Source: Mogibacterium sp. (GTDB lineage Bacteria; Bacillota; Clostridia; Peptostreptococcales; Anaerovoracaceae). Taken from it: a DNA stretch of 64,000 bases. This document shows positions 37,473 through 48,788 of the stretch, piece after piece. The notes under the pieces are model-generated. The model did no database searches and had not been told where the DNA came from. It saw only the letters and a list, made by a program, of their open reading frames with translations. The DNA lies in the NCBI GenBank assembly GCA_024403035.1, contig JAKSSP010000005.1, forward strand, positions 24,176 to 88,175, given 5' to 3'. Position 1 is the stretch's first letter, and each line of letters begins with the position of its first letter. Both the position numbers and the translations under genes were made by a program.

Positions 37473-37570
37473 TGCGCATTTTATACTGCCTTTGTGTTCC
37501 AAATGCGCAATTGTTGGATAAACGTTCATTTCTTGCGCATGTATATCTTTTTCATTGGGTGATATGCGCA
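37473..37570. repeat. Phased TGCGCA box array, block 1 (4 boxes)
   Basis: TGCGCA occurs at 37473, 37504, 37534 and 37565, with spacings of 31, 30 and 31 bp. Confidence 0.9.
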
Positions 37571-37678
37571 GTTTTAGTTGAAATTTCAGACCGTGAACCG
37601 TCCTTTGTTGGTTTCAGCTCCGGATAGCTCACTATACCTGTACGAATGGAGATTCCTGTGATTTGCATATGAAAAAAC

Positions 37679-37775
37679 TGCGCATTTCTTCATGGTAAAT
37701 GTGAAGATTTGCGCAATTTTTTCTGGCATTCCTCAGCTTTGCGCATATGTTTTTCATCAATTCTTCATATGCGCA
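37679..37775. repeat. Phased TGCGCA box array, block 2 (4 boxes)
   Basis: TGCGCA occurs at 37679, 37710, 37740 and 37770, with spacings of 31, 30 and 30 bp. The block starts 114 bp after the last box of block 1. Confidence 0.9.
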
Positions 37776-38040
37776 TTTTTTAGTCATTGAGTATAGGGGG
37801 TTGCTGTTTTTATCTTGCTTTGTGGGTTGCCGCTCGCCTCTCCTGGCTCGCGGGGCCTGCCAGGCCAATCGGCCTCGCCCTATAGCTGTCCTTGCGGGTG
37901 TGGCAGTGCCCGCAGGCCAGCGCGGGCCGCTTGGGGCAGGCCGGCAAGTCAGGAAACTGCAGTCTCAGCTTCTATGGAGACATTATGGCGCTGAATCCAC
38001 AGAAAATGTTACTGAATCCACGGGAAAATGGGGAATTAGA

Positions 38041-38080
38041 AAAAAGCTTCGGCTTTTCAGCTTTTCAGTCGAAGCTTTTT
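38041..38080. terminator. Bidirectional hairpin terminator downstream of the lipoprotein gene
   Basis: aaaaagcttcg (38041-38051) pairs with cgaagcttttt (38070-38080); the A and T runs lie at the outer ends of the two arms. Confidence 0.75.
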
Positions 38081-38111
38081 CTCTCTTTCATATGCCTTTA
38101 TCAGGCAGTCT

Positions 38112-38508
38112 TTATTCTGCATCGAAGACTGCGATGTATTCGGCATCCGTTTCATTGACCTCTATGGTTATGGTCTCTTCTGTAGAGTAGTCTTCGCCGT
38201 CCTTTGTCCATTTGATGAACTTCCAGCCTTCATCTGCCTTTGCGCCAACTGTGTATGTCTTTACTTCAGGCTCTCCGAGGTATGTTGACTGGGCAGGGGA
38301 ATTCATCGTTGAATTCCGGCTCTTCGCCTTCCTCTGCATAAGCGATCTGTCCCATACCTTCAGTGTTGATGAGTGCTGTGAACTGCGCGGTCTGCTCTTC
38401 TGCGCTTCCCGGATCAGCGCTGTCTTCACTGCCGGACCCTCCACCAGCACAGGCGGCAAGCGCTAACACCAGAACCGCCGTCAGTAATAATGCGAATACT
38501 TTTTTCAT
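38112..38508 (-). pseudogene. Small lipoprotein gene with a frameshift in a C4 run
   Basis: Lipobox LALAAC after MKKVFALLLTAVLV. Track ORFs 38266-38508 and 38112-38459 are consecutive pieces. The frame changes at GAATTCCCCTGCCC (the G4 run at 38296-38299 on the + strand). Confidence 0.7.
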
Positions 38509-38527
38509 TTTTCTCTGGGCCTTCCAT

Positions 38528-41041
38528 CTACACCAGTGTCAGCTGTTCGCTGCCGTCGGCTCCTACGTTAGGGTCCTTTGGCGCGTCAGCGGTAGGTTTC
38601 TGGGCTGAGTCCTCATCGACTACCTTCGCGACGGAGACGATGCGGTTGCCCTTCTCCACCTTCATGATCTTGACGCCCTGTGTGGTGCGGCCAAGCGTGC
38701 TGACCTCATCGGCGCGGATACGGATGATGACGCCGTTGGAGTTGATCACCATGACTTCGTCATCTTCGCTCACCAGGGTCGCTCCCACAAGCAGTCCGGT
38801 CTTGCTGAACTTGGTCTTGTCGTATGTCGCGACTCCCTTGCCGCCTCTGGCTTGCAGTCTGTACTCATCGAGCGGCGTACGCTTTCCGAAGCCGTTCTCT
38901 GTGATGACCAGCATCTTGCGGGTCTGATCGATGTCAAGTTCCATGGAAACGACTTCATCGCCCTTCTCCAGGAGTATCGCTCTGACTCCGCCGGCATTAC
39001 GGCCCATAGGTCTGACGTCGTCTTCGCTGAAGGCGATCGCCTTGCCCTGCTTGGTGACTACCAGTACGTTCTCCTTGCCGCTTGCAAGCGCTACACTTAT
39101 AAGCTTGTCGCCTTCCTTGAGCGTGATGGCTATGAGTCCGGCCTTGCGGTTGGTGTCGAACTCTGTCATAGGCGTCTTCTTGATGGTTCCCTGCTTGGTG
39201 ACCATCACTAGGCACTCGTTTGGCTTGAACTCTCTGACAGGGATCATGGCCGTTACGCGCTCTGTGCTGTTGAGGTTGAGGAAGTTGATGACAGGCGTGC
39301 CCTTGGCTGTCCTGCTTGCTTCCGGTATCTCGTAAGCCTTGATCTTGTAGACGCGTCCCATGTCGGTGAAGAACATCAGGTAGTCGTGCGTGCTGGTGAT
39401 AATGAGGTCGCGTACAAAGTCGCTCTCTCTCGTCGTCAGCCCGACTATACCCTTGCCTCCGCGGCGCTGCGCCTTGTATGTGTCGGCCGGTACTCTCTTG
39501 ACGTATCCGAGGTGCGTCAGTGTGATTGCAACGTCCTCTTCATCGATCAGAGCCTCTTCATCAAGCTCACCTTCGTCTGCAACGATCTTGGTGCGACGCG
39601 GGTCTCCCCACTTGTCCTTGATCTCCAGAAGCTCATCCTTGATGACTCCCATCAGCTTGTGTTCATCTGCCAGCAGGCTCTTGTAGTACGCGATCTTCTT
39701 GAGGAGCTCGTTGTACTCGTTCTCGATCTTCTCACGCTCGAGTCCCTGCAGCTTGGCAAGCCTCATGTCGAGTATGGCCTGCGCCTGGATCTCGGAGAGG
39801 CCGAATCTTATCATCAGCTTTTCCTTGGCGTCGTTGTATGCTGAGCGAATGGTCGCGATGACTTCATCGATGTTGTCGAGCGCTATGATCAAGCCCTCTA
39901 AAATGTGGGCTCTTGCCTCGGCCTTCGCGAGGTCGAAGCGCGTCCTTCTTGTGACTACTATCTTCTGATGCTTCAGGTACTCCTCGAGTATCTGCTTCAG
40001 GTTGAGGATCTTAGGCTCGCCGTCCACCAATGCCAGCATTATCATGCTGAACGATGTCTGGAGCGCTGTGTGCTTGTAGAGTCTGTTGAGGATGACGTTA
40101 GGGTTGGTATCCTTCTTCAGCTCTATGACTATGCGCGTGCCCTCACGGTTGGATTCGTCGCGGATCGCCGAGATGCCCTCTACCTTCTTTTCCTTTACAA
40201 GGTCTGCCATCGACTCGATGAGCCTTGCCTTGTTGACCTGGAACGGGATCTCGCTGACGATGATGCGCATGCGTCCGCGCTTGTCCTCTTCTATCTCGCA
40301 GACGGATCTGACGTTGACCTTGCCCTGGCCTGTCATGTAGGCCTCGCGGGCTGCGTGCTTGCCGAGGATTATGGCTCCTGTCGGGAAGTCCGGTCCCTTG
40401 ATGATGCGGGCCAGGTCCGGGATCGATGTGTCAGGCTCGTCTATCAGCTTGACGCAGGCGTCGATGGTCTCGCCCAGGTTGTGGGGCGGGATCGACGTGG
40501 CCATGCCGACCGCGATACCGTTGGATCCGTTGATAAGCAGGTTAGGTACTCTTGATGGGAGTACTTCAGGCTCCTGCTCTTCGCCGTCGTAGTTGTCCAT
40601 GAAATCGACGGTGTCTTTTTCGATGTCACGTACCATCTGCAGCGAGAACGGTGACATCCTGGCTTCTGTGTATCTGGAAGCCGCGGCCCCGTCGCCGTCG
40701 ACCGAACCGAAGTTTCCGTGTCCGTCAACCAGCGGATAGCGCGTCGAGAAGTCCTGAGCCATCTTGACCATCGCGTCGTAGATGGAGGAGTCTCCGTGCG
40801 GGTGGTATTTACCCATTACCTCACCGACGATACGCGCCGACTTCTTATGCGGTTTGTCCGGCGTGATGCCGAGGGAGTGCATGCCGTACAGGATACGCCT
40901 GTGCACCGGCTTTAATCCGTCGCGCACGTCCGGAAGAGCACGTCCTACGATTACGCTCATCGCGTAGTCGATGTACGAGTTTTTCATCTCATCGTATATC
41001 TCGTGCTCGATTATATTGCTGTTGTCCAACAAATTTGCCAT
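38528..41041 (-). CDS. gyrA: DNA gyrase subunit A
   Basis: 837 aa with [23 protein letters not shown] and the active-site region [11 protein letters not shown], plus C-terminal beta-pinwheel repeats. Confidence 0.97.
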   Translation of the reverse strand: MANLLDNSNIIEHEIYDEMKNSYIDYAMSVIVGRALPDVRDGLKPVHRRILYGMHSLGITPDKPHKKSARIVGEVMGKYHPHGDSSIYDAMVKMAQDFSTRYPLVDGHGNFGSVDGDGAAASRYTEARMSPFSLQMVRDIEKDTVDFMDNYDGEEQEPEVLPSRVPNLLINGSNGIAVGMATSIPPHNLGETIDACVKLIDEPDTSIPDLARIIKGPDFPTGAIILGKHAAREAYMTGQGKVNVRSVCEIEEDKRGRMRIIVSEIPFQVNKARLIESMADLVKEKKVEGISAIRDESNREGTRIVIELKKDTNPNVILNRLYKHTALQTSFSMIMLALVDGEPKILNLKQILEEYLKHQKIVVTRRTRFDLAKAEARAHILEGLIIALDNIDEVIATIRSAYNDAKEKLMIRFGLSEIQAQAILDMRLAKLQGLEREKIENEYNELLKKIAYYKSLLADEHKLMGVIKDELLEIKDKWGDPRRTKIVADEGELDEEALIDEEDVAITLTHLGYVKRVPADTYKAQRRGGKGIVGLTTRESDFVRDLIITSTHDYLMFFTDMGRVYKIKAYEIPEASRTAKGTPVINFLNLNSTERVTAMIPVREFKPNECLVMVTKQGTIKKTPMTEFDTNRKAGLIAITLKEGDKLISVALASGKENVLVVTKQGKAIAFSEDDVRPMGRNAGGVRAILLEKGDEVVSMELDIDQTRKMLVITENGFGKRTPLDEYRLQARGGKGVATYDKTKFSKTGLLVGATLVSEDDEVMVINSNGVIIRIRADEVSTLGRTTQGVKIMKVEKGNRIVSVAKVVDEDSAQKPTADAPKDPNVGADGSEQLTLV

Positions 41042-41081
41042 GTGTTTTCCTTTTCAGGGCGCTTGCGCCCGTATTTATTGA

Positions 41082-43034
<1,953 letters not shown>

Positions 43035-43111
43035 TTATCGTTTTGTATCTCTTGAAATCAGTGCGCCGCATTAAAAAACGGGCATTGTATCCCTCTTGTG
43101 TGTTCGCCCGT

Positions 43112-43140
43112 ATTTTACCATATAAGCGATTTTATTGCAA
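43112..43140 (-). promoter_or_regulatory. Putative gyrB promoter
   Basis: On the minus strand: TTGCAA (43140-43135), a 17-nt spacer, then TAAAAT (43117-43112), about 105 nt upstream of the gyrB ATG. Confidence 0.5.
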
Positions 43141-43274
43141 GTTTTACCACAACATCTTGTATTTTCAAAAAAATCCCTTAAATCGCAAATTTTCGCCCCA
43201 AATCCGACACTGAACTCCCGAAAGCCTTGCAATTACTGTTCTTCAGACGCTCTCAAAAAAACATGGTTTTTCTG

Positions 43275-44003
43275 TTATCCGAAAAAGCGTTTCATCCCAT
43301 CGGAAATGTCCTTAAAATCTATTACGATAGCCCCTTCTGAGATACCCAGAGGTATCTGTTCTTCAAAGCCATAAGTAACCGGAGGCACCCCTTTTTCAAA
43401 CTGATAAACAGTCACTTCCTCTCCCTTTATGTCGATCAGCCAGTATTCGCGTACTCCCTTTTGCCAGTACTTATTCAGTTTTAGTGTTCTGTCATATTTT
43501 TCAGTTGATGGAGACAGCACCTCGGCCACATAGTCCGGAGCGCCTACTATAGTCTCTTCATCTTTAGTGTATTTTTCTTTGTCGCATACGATTAGCACAT
43601 CCGGGATAAAACCGTTTCTATCGTCGTTTTCATCCGGCTGTACTCCTGCCGGGCCAAGCACAAGACAAGGGCCTCCTTTTTCCTTTATTGCTATGCTTAG
43701 CTGTATTACAAGCTGCGACGCAATATACTGATGTCTCTTGGTAGGATAATTCCTGTCATAAAGCACTCCGTCTATCAGTTCCATCCATGCGCCATCCGGA
43801 AGGTTCTTCCAGTCCTCTATTTTGGAATGCAGCTCCGGAAAAAGGATGCACTCTATGCTCTGAAGCGTATTATATCTCGGCTTGGAGGTGGCCCCGCCAA
43901 AGAACTTCTGGACCGTCCCCAGCGGCACTCCGGAGAGTTTTGATACCATCTCGTTGGTATAGCCCAGCTCTTCCTTTCTTTTCTTCAGATCTTCTATCTT
44001 CAT
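43275..44003 (-). CDS. XRE-type HTH fused to a Uma2-family (PD-(D/E)xK) endonuclease domain
   Basis: N-terminal GYTNEMVSKLSGVPLGTVQKFFGG (HTH). C-terminal APDYVAEVLSPSTEKYDRTLKLNKYWQKGVREYWLID is the characteristic Uma2/DUF820 motif. I prefer the ATG at 44003, behind AAAGGAGG. Confidence 0.75.
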   Translation of the reverse strand: MKIEDLKKRKEELGYTNEMVSKLSGVPLGTVQKFFGGATSKPRYNTLQSIECILFPELHSKIEDWKNLPDGAWMELIDGVLYDRNYPTKRHQYIASQLVIQLSIAIKEKGGPCLVLGPAGVQPDENDDRNGFIPDVLIVCDKEKYTKDEETIVGAPDYVAEVLSPSTEKYDRTLKLNKYWQKGVREYWLIDIKGEEVTVYQFEKGVPPVTYGFEEQIPLGISEGAIVIDFKDISDGMKRFFG

Positions 44004-44149
44004 TTTCAGCCTCCTTTTCGCATTCAGACGCATATCCGGGCTTGCTTTCATTTATATTTTAAGCCATTTTAAAGCCGTTGTCAATCCATTTACGAGCCGT
44101 TTTAAAAAATGGTCTTTTTTGTGCATCAAAACTGTGCAATAATAGGCGC

Positions 44150-45361
44150 ATGAAGATAAACAGCATCATTTTGGAAAACTTCAGAAACTATAAACGCCTC
44201 GAGCTCGATTTTGACGACAGCCGCAATATTATCGTGGGCGAGAACGCCCAGGGCAAGACCAATCTCATCGAGGCGATCTACCTGACCGCTTTCGCCAAGT
44301 CATTCAGGACAAACAATACGGCCGACCTCATCAGCTTCGGCGAAGATCAGGGCCGCGTCAGTACATACCTCACGTCCGAGGACATCGACAAGAACATCAA
44401 CATAGTTCTGAGATCTGACGGCAAGAAGATGATCAAGAAGGACGGCAAGGTGATACGCAAGACCACAGAACTCCTCAACAATGTGGTGGTAATTATCTTT
44501 TCGCCGGATGATCTTCGCATCATCAAGGACAGCCCGGACAGACGCCGCAACTTCATCAACCGCGAGCTCTCGCAGATGAGACCGATGTACTATGACGCTT
44601 TAAAGCGCTACAACGAAGCTATCAGAGAGAAGAACGCTCTGCTCAAGGGCTACTTCAATGTAAAGAAAAAGACCTTCACGCGCGCTGACAACCTGAGCCT
44701 CAACGATCTGCAAAGCGGCGCGGCTGCAGCGGACGAGCGCAGTCCGTACGACAACAGCCGCCGGTTCAATGAAGAGATGATGGACATCTACGACCGGCAG
44801 CTGGCTGACTCAGGCTATGAGATCATAAGATTCCGCAAGGAATTCGTAGAGATGCTGAGCAGCGAAGCCGGCGAGATAATGCATAAGATATCCGGCGGCA
44901 GGGAAGATCTTAAGATAGAATACAAGACTACATGCGACTTCGTGACGGGGCCGGAAGGGCGCGAAATACTCTTCAGCCAGATCTACCACAACAGAGACCG
45001 CGACATATATAACGGTTACGCAAGCATTGGTCCGCACCGTGATGACATAGAGTTTTATATCAACGGAAAGGATGCCAGAAAGTATGGCTCGCAGGGTCAG
45101 CAAAGAACGATAGCTCTTTCGCTTAAGCTGGCGGAGATAAGGATAGCCAGACAGATGCTTGACGAACCTCCGGTCCTGCTTCTGGACGACGTGCTCTCGG
45201 AACTCGACCTCGACAGGCAGAAGTTCCTGGTGAGCGAGATAGATGACGTGCAGCTTTTCATCACATCAGCCGAACTGAACGACGAGGTCATAAGGGATCT
45301 TCGCGGCGGCACTCTGTTCCGTATTGAGGAGGGCTCGGTGACGCGCGTGGATAAATATTAG
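44150..45361 (+). CDS. recF: DNA replication and repair protein RecF
   Basis: MKINSIILENFRNYKRLELDF, Walker A GENAQGKTN, the signature GSQGQQRT and Walker B LLLDDVLSELD. Start taken at the ATG at 44150. Confidence 0.9.
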   Translation: MKINSIILENFRNYKRLELDFDDSRNIIVGENAQGKTNLIEAIYLTAFAKSFRTNNTADLISFGEDQGRVSTYLTSEDIDKNINIVLRSDGKKMIKKDGKVIRKTTELLNNVVVIIFSPDDLRIIKDSPDRRRNFINRELSQMRPMYYDALKRYNEAIREKNALLKGYFNVKKKTFTRADNLSLNDLQSGAAAADERSPYDNSRRFNEEMMDIYDRQLADSGYEIIRFRKEFVEMLSSEAGEIMHKISGGREDLKIEYKTTCDFVTGPEGREILFSQIYHNRDRDIYNGYASIGPHRDDIEFYINGKDARKYGSQGQQRTIALSLKLAEIRIARQMLDEPPVLLLDDVLSELDLDRQKFLVSEIDDVQLFITSAELNDEVIRDLRGGTLFRIEEGSVTRVDKY

Positions 45362-45443
45362 AAGCGAATACGCTTTATAATATGGTATACTTTTCACATC
45401 TGATAAATAATTTTCAATCATTTAGTTAATTCGGAGAAACACT

Positions 45444-45983
45444 ATGAACAACAAAAAGGGCGGATTTGGAGCAAAGTTTCTGCTTGTGCTCATTCTCATG
45501 ATCGCTTCGGCTGTAGGCGGCGCTTACGGCTACAGGATACTTGACGGCAAGATGGCCTCGCGTGACGCTCTCAAAGCCGTAGAGAACGTGGATATCTCGG
45601 ATTATGATACTGCCGAGCAGAGCATCATCCAGGGATATATCGACGATGCCAAGAAGGATCTTGAGACTGCTAAGACACGTAAGGATGTCTATGAGATCAT
45701 CAGCGACTTCGTAAAGGATGTCGACAAGGTGCAGACAAAGGCGGAAAAAGAACTTGAGGCTGCGCTGAAGGAGGCGGAAGAAGCCAAGAAGCGCTACGGT
45801 AATAATAACAGCAATAATAGCGATAACGACAGCAACAGTACAAACAGCAGCACCACCACTGACACTGATGACAGCGGCTATAAGAGCAACAGTCTCAACA
45901 GCGGCAGCGATGATGAAGAAGAAAGCGGCGGTCTGCTCAACAGCCTGTTTGGCGGAATGGCCAGCGGATCAGGCGGAAACTAA
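45444..45983 (+). CDS. Membrane-anchored protein with a coiled-coil region and an N/S/D-rich low-complexity tail
   Basis: An N-terminal transmembrane helix (FLLVLILMIASAVGGAYGY), a K/E-rich helix, then an NNNSNNSDNDSNSTNSS tract. I recognise no family. Confidence 0.5.
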   Translation: MNNKKGGFGAKFLLVLILMIASAVGGAYGYRILDGKMASRDALKAVENVDISDYDTAEQSIIQGYIDDAKKDLETAKTRKDVYEIISDFVKDVDKVQTKAEKELEAALKEAEEAKKRYGNNNSNNSDNDSNSTNSSTTTDTDDSGYKSNSLNSGSDDEEESGGLLNSLFGGMASGSGGN

Positions 45984-45998
45984 AAGGAGGGACCACTA

Positions 45999-46454
45999 AT
46001 GAAAAAGAAGGTATTACTCGTTCTTCTCGCCATGCTGGTAGGCATGACCATGATCATAGCCTCTTGCGGCGGTGGCAGCAGCACACCTGAAGAACCTATG
46101 ACACTGGAGAAGTACGTCAAGGATGACGCGGAAGTACAGAACGCTATCGACAGCGCCATGAACGATTCCAACGTTCTTGTTGAGATCAAGGAAAACGCCA
46201 TCATCTATACATTCGACCTTTCCACGATGGAGGGTTATACAGAGGAACTCGCACATAGCGAGGATATCCAGGCCGCGCTCCAGAGCGTGCTTGACTCGGC
46301 AGGCGGCACATTCGGCGGCATCGCGAAGAGCATAGAAGACGCGTCCGGCATCGCGGGCATAACCACAGTCGTCAATTACACATGGGGCGATGAGGTCGTT
46401 GTGACCAAGACGTTCACATCGGCAGACGCGCCGGCAGAATCAAGCGGAAATTAA
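45999..46454 (+). CDS. Small lipoprotein
   Basis: The signal peptide has the lipobox IIASCGG. 151 aa. RBS AAGGAGGG. Confidence 0.6.
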   Translation: MKKKVLLVLLAMLVGMTMIIASCGGGSSTPEEPMTLEKYVKDDAEVQNAIDSAMNDSNVLVEIKENAIIYTFDLSTMEGYTEELAHSEDIQAALQSVLDSAGGTFGGIAKSIEDASGIAGITTVVNYTWGDEVVVTKTFTSADAPAESSGN

Positions 46455-46466
46455 AGCTTAAGCAAT

Positions 46467-46496
46467 AAAAGAGCGCTCCTTCCGGAACGCTCTTTT
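46467..46496. terminator. Bidirectional terminator between convergent genes
   Basis: aaaagagcg....cgctctttt hairpin between the lipoprotein gene (+) and jag (-). Confidence 0.65.
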
Positions 46497-46504
46497 TATT
46501 TGTC

Positions 46505-47374
46505 TTACTTGTTCTCGATTATGACTTTGCGGTAAGGATCCTTGCCCTCGCTCCTTGTCTTTACGCTCGGGTGGTTCTGCAGTGTGCAGTGTATCACCTT
46601 TCTTTCGTAAGGATTCATTGGCTCGAGTGTCGTCGGTCTTCCTGTCCTCTCGACCTTGCCCGCCAGGCGGTTAGCAAGGTTGACGAGTGTCTTTTCTCTC
46701 TTGGCTCTGTAGTTCTCCGCATCGAGGATGACTCTGATGTACTTGTCGGAGTCCTTGTTGACCACGTAGCTTGCGAGGCACTGGACTGCGTCGAGAGTCG
46801 ATCCCCTCTTGCCGATTATGGTTCCGGTGTCCTTCCCGGTGATCTCTACGAATACCAGCTCATCGCCGGCCTTCACGCTGAAGTCGAGGTCGACGCCCAT
46901 CTGCTCCGCGATGTCCCTGAGGAACTTTTCAAGCGGATGATCCTCTGCGGGATCCAGCTTCTTGACTTCATACAGCATAGTGTCTTCAAGCGACAGGCTG
47001 TATCTCTTTTTCGATTTACTGCGGCTCTTCTCTTTGCTGCGGGCCTTTTCTCTTGCTCTTGCGTCTTCCCTTTCTTCTGCTTCGAACTTGTCGTATTCCG
47101 CTCTGACCTCGTCAGGCAGTTTCTGCGCCGAATTCTCCGGCAGCCCTGCGAGGATCGCGTCTATGTCGTCGAATGTAGCTTTCTCTCTTGTCTGCGGTTC
47201 AGCTTCCTTGGCCGTCACTCTTACTCTTGCCAGTTTGGAACCGATACCAAGGAATCCGTTGGAGGATTCCTCAAGGACTTCTATCTCTGCTTCGTCCCTG
47301 CTGATCCTGAGTTCTTTAAGCGCGAGATCCACTGCAGTCTCTACATCGACTCCCCATTTTTCTGAAGATCTCAT
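46505..47374 (-). CDS. jag: Jag/KhpB RNA-binding protein (KH and R3H domains)
   Basis: N-terminal Jag_N (VETAVDLALKEL), then KH-like IIGKRGSTLDAVQ, then R3H-like EPMNPYERKVIH. It sits in the conserved position after yidC. Confidence 0.85.
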   Translation of the reverse strand: MRSSEKWGVDVETAVDLALKELRISRDEAEIEVLEESSNGFLGIGSKLARVRVTAKEAEPQTREKATFDDIDAILAGLPENSAQKLPDEVRAEYDKFEAEEREDARAREKARSKEKSRSKSKKRYSLSLEDTMLYEVKKLDPAEDHPLEKFLRDIAEQMGVDLDFSVKAGDELVFVEITGKDTGTIIGKRGSTLDAVQCLASYVVNKDSDKYIRVILDAENYRAKREKTLVNLANRLAGKVERTGRPTTLEPMNPYERKVIHCTLQNHPSVKTRSEGKDPYRKVIIENK

Positions 47375-47377
47375 CTA

Positions 47378-48139
47378 TTAATAACTTCCTTTCATTCTTG
47401 CTCTCTTCTTCCTTGCAAGCTCCTTCTCGGCTCTCTCCAGCAGTTTCTTCTTTTCTTTCTCAACTTTCATTTCTTCTCTGATCTTATTGATCCTGAGGTT
47501 AAAGAAGATCTGCATGAACTGACCGCCGGCCCAGTAGATAGCGAGTCCTGCCGGATACGATCTTGCGAGCCAGAGGATGCTCAGCGGGAAGAAGTATTTC
47601 ATGATCGCGTTCATTGCCTTCTGCTGTCCCGGATTTGCTCCCGGCTGCTGCATGGTCATCGCGCTGTTCATGCTGAACGCGAAGAACGTGGCGAGGCCTG
47701 CGGCTATAGGCAATATTATGAGGTCCGGCTGAGCGAGGTCCTTGATCCAGAGGAAAGACTCGTGGTTCGCGAACATCAGCGCAGGATCGGACGGCATGTA
47801 CTTCATCGGATTTCTGAGGAGTGCGAACAATCCCATGATGATAGGGAACTGGATAAGCATTGGAAGGCAGCCGCTCATCGGATTGAATCCGGTCTCAGCG
47901 TACAGCTTCTGCATCTCTTCATTCATCTTCTCTTTGTCGTTGGCGTATCTGTTCTGGATCTCCTTGGCCTTTTCGGACATGTCTGACATGTCTGCTGTCG
48001 ACCTGATCTGCTTTGCATAGAGCGGATACAGAGCCAGCTTAACGATGACTGTGAGTATGATGAGCGAGATTCCGTAATTGCCTACCAGTTTGTATATCAG
48101 CGCAAGCAGATATCCGATAGGTTTTGCAACTATTCCCAT
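47378..48139 (-). CDS. yidC: YidC/Oxa1-family membrane protein insertase
   Basis: 253 aa reading KQIRSTADMSDMSEKAKEIQNRY...GFNPMSGCLPMLIQFPI, with a basic C-terminal tail. Confidence 0.9.
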   Translation of the reverse strand: MGIVAKPIGYLLALIYKLVGNYGISLIILTVIVKLALYPLYAKQIRSTADMSDMSEKAKEIQNRYANDKEKMNEEMQKLYAETGFNPMSGCLPMLIQFPIIMGLFALLRNPMKYMPSDPALMFANHESFLWIKDLAQPDLIILPIAAGLATFFAFSMNSAMTMQQPGANPGQQKAMNAIMKYFFPLSILWLARSYPAGLAIYWAGGQFMQIFFNLRINKIREEMKVEKEKKKLLERAEKELARKKRARMKGSY

Positions 48140-48178
48140 TTAATTCTCCGTTCTTGTGGTTGATTACTGTGTTTTGCC

Positions 48179-48409
48179 TTATGGTACGGGATCGTATCCT
48201 CCCGGATGGCCTGGGTGACACCTGAGTATCCTTTTGATACCCAGCCAGCTGCCTTTAAGCGCTCCGTACTTCTCTACTGCCTGTATGAAATACGCGCTGC
48301 ATGTCGGCGTATAGCGGCAATGAGCTCCGATGTACGGAGAGATGCCCAGCTGGTATGCCCTTACAAAGGCTATCAATATTCTTTGGCTTATTGATTTCTT
48401 ACTTTTCAT
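48179..48409 (-). CDS. yidD: Membrane protein insertion efficiency factor YidD
   Basis: [38 protein letters not shown], the YidD signature. Start taken at the ATG at 48409. Confidence 0.85.
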   Translation of the reverse strand: MKSKKSISQRILIAFVRAYQLGISPYIGAHCRYTPTCSAYFIQAVEKYGALKGSWLGIKRILRCHPGHPGGYDPVP

Positions 48410-48764
48410 TGTTGTTACGGCTGTCCTCCAGGAGTCCGCAGTCCGCAAGTGTCTTTCTTATGCTTTTCTCGACCTCAGCTTCACCGCGTCCGTTGATAGT
48501 ATTGCGTGCCACAAAGATCACATCGTACCCGCTCCTGACTATAGGCGCAAGCGCCCTGTAAGACTCTCTCATGAGTCTGCGGGATCTGTTTCTTTCCACC
48601 GAATTGCCGACCTTGCGGCTCGACACGAATGCGGTCCTTGTGATATCCAGTCTGTTCTTTCTGTACAGGATCACCGTAAACCTGCCGCCTTTGGACTTGC
48701 CTTGCTTGTATATCCTGGCAAAGTCCCTCTGATTGCGCAATGTAAGTTCGCTGCGATCTCTCAT
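48399..48764 (-). CDS. rnpA: Ribonuclease P protein component
   Basis: [16 protein letters not shown]...[21 protein letters not shown], the RnpA RNR motif. The start is uncertain: the ATG at 48764 or the TTG at 48788. Confidence 0.85.
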   Translation of the reverse strand: MRDRSELTLRNQRDFARIYKQGKSKGGRFTVILYRKNRLDITRTAFVSSRKVGNSVERNRSRRLMRESYRALAPIVRSGYDVIFVARNTINGRGEAEVEKSIRKTLADCGLLEDSRNNNEK

Positions 48765-48788
48765 CCGGACACCGTTCCAATCAAACAA

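Noticed and set aside
37632-37868. A 78-aa minus-strand ORF (or a 51-aa version, MTKKCAYEELMKNICAKLRNARKNCANLH..) in which the TGCGCA boxes of block 2 would encode Cys-Ala every 10 residues.
   Set aside because: There is no RBS. The long version starts in the GC-rich island. The 31-bp spacings break the reading frame, and the boxes in block 1 fall in different frames. The periodicity is therefore a DNA-level signal and not a peptide repeat.
43072-43111. A terminator-like hairpin (ACGGGC..GCCCGT TTTTTT) downstream of the gyrB promoter, considered as a possible leader attenuator. I also noticed that AAAAACGGGCAT recurs here and in the fic operator arms (31379).
   Set aside because: The predicted gyrB transcription start falls inside the 5' arm, so the hairpin can form only in read-through transcripts from the upstream Uma2 gene. 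It is simply that gene's terminator overlapping the promoter. The shared 12-mer is short, A-rich plus a GC clamp, and the second halves do not match, so the similarity is probably coincidence.
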